Under the pieces are notes generated by a model that had not been told where the DNA came from, made no database searches, and saw nothing but the letters and a program-made list of their open reading frames with translations. Made by a program: the position numbers and the translations under genes. A stretch of 63,486 bases of DNA, the filler included, from Octopus bimaculoides (Eukaryota), in assembly GCF_001194135.2 (NCBI RefSeq). It is 7 parts of 7 records of this genome, joined end to end, with 100 filler letters (N's around TTAATTAATTAA, not from the genome) between each part and the next. Parts side by side here need not be neighbours in the genome. Positions count along the whole stretch, not along the records: positions 61,423 to 63,486 come from NC_068990.1; 6 more parts are not named here. One strand, 5' to 3'. Of the stretch, positions 63,169 through 63,486 are shown one piece after another. How positions within the stretch are numbered: position 1 is the first letter of the stretch; every line of letters begins with the position of its first letter.

Positions 63169-63486
63169 ACATAACTGAAGTCCTTGTGAAAAAAAAAAAA
63201 ACCCACAAAAGCAACATCATTTAATACCATAATTACATCTTTCAACCAACTCCCCAACAAATATGAAAGCTTGAGCTAGTTGCTGCATGTGGGGGAAAAA
63301 AAAAATTAACGTTTACTTTAAGAAATAAATAAATATGATTTCTAGTTCTGCTTTCAATGATGCTTCGACTCAACTTGACAAATTTGTAGCCTTCTTTTTG
63401 CCAATAATGTATGAAGTCAATATCAGATTTTCTGTTAAAATACCTTGTATTCTGGGTAACAAAGAAATGCAAGGTCTGGGTAAAAA

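Noticed and set aside
178-63472. Most ORF-track entries (YI/HT/CV/LS/ER-rich or X-filled)
   Set aside because: They are translations of microsatellites and N gaps with no protein-like content.

Overview
AT-rich eukaryotic draft-assembly window with many N gaps and 100-bp 44N-TTAATTAATTAA-44N spacers. The microsatellite load and the SINE/LINE repertoire look like a coleoid cephalopod (octopus-type) genome; this is an inference from pattern recognition, not a database result. No intact protein-coding gene is supported, and almost all ORF-track entries are microsatellite or N read-throughs. Recognisable content is a dense transposon graveyard: several Penelope-like element (PLE) lineages, including one near-full-length RT+GIY-YIG copy bracketed by ~230-bp inverted terminal repeats; an R4/Dong-type RLE LINE between (TAA)n tracts; a CR1-group LINE split by a probable solo LTR; a Helitron Rep fragment; a mariner transposase with related MITEs; and at least four SINE-like families. 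The window also holds dispersed minimal hammerhead-ribozyme-like motifs, an 84-bp palindrome and three promoter-like motif islands. All alignments and translations beyond the ORF track were done by eye, so boundaries are approximate (about +/-10-30 bp).
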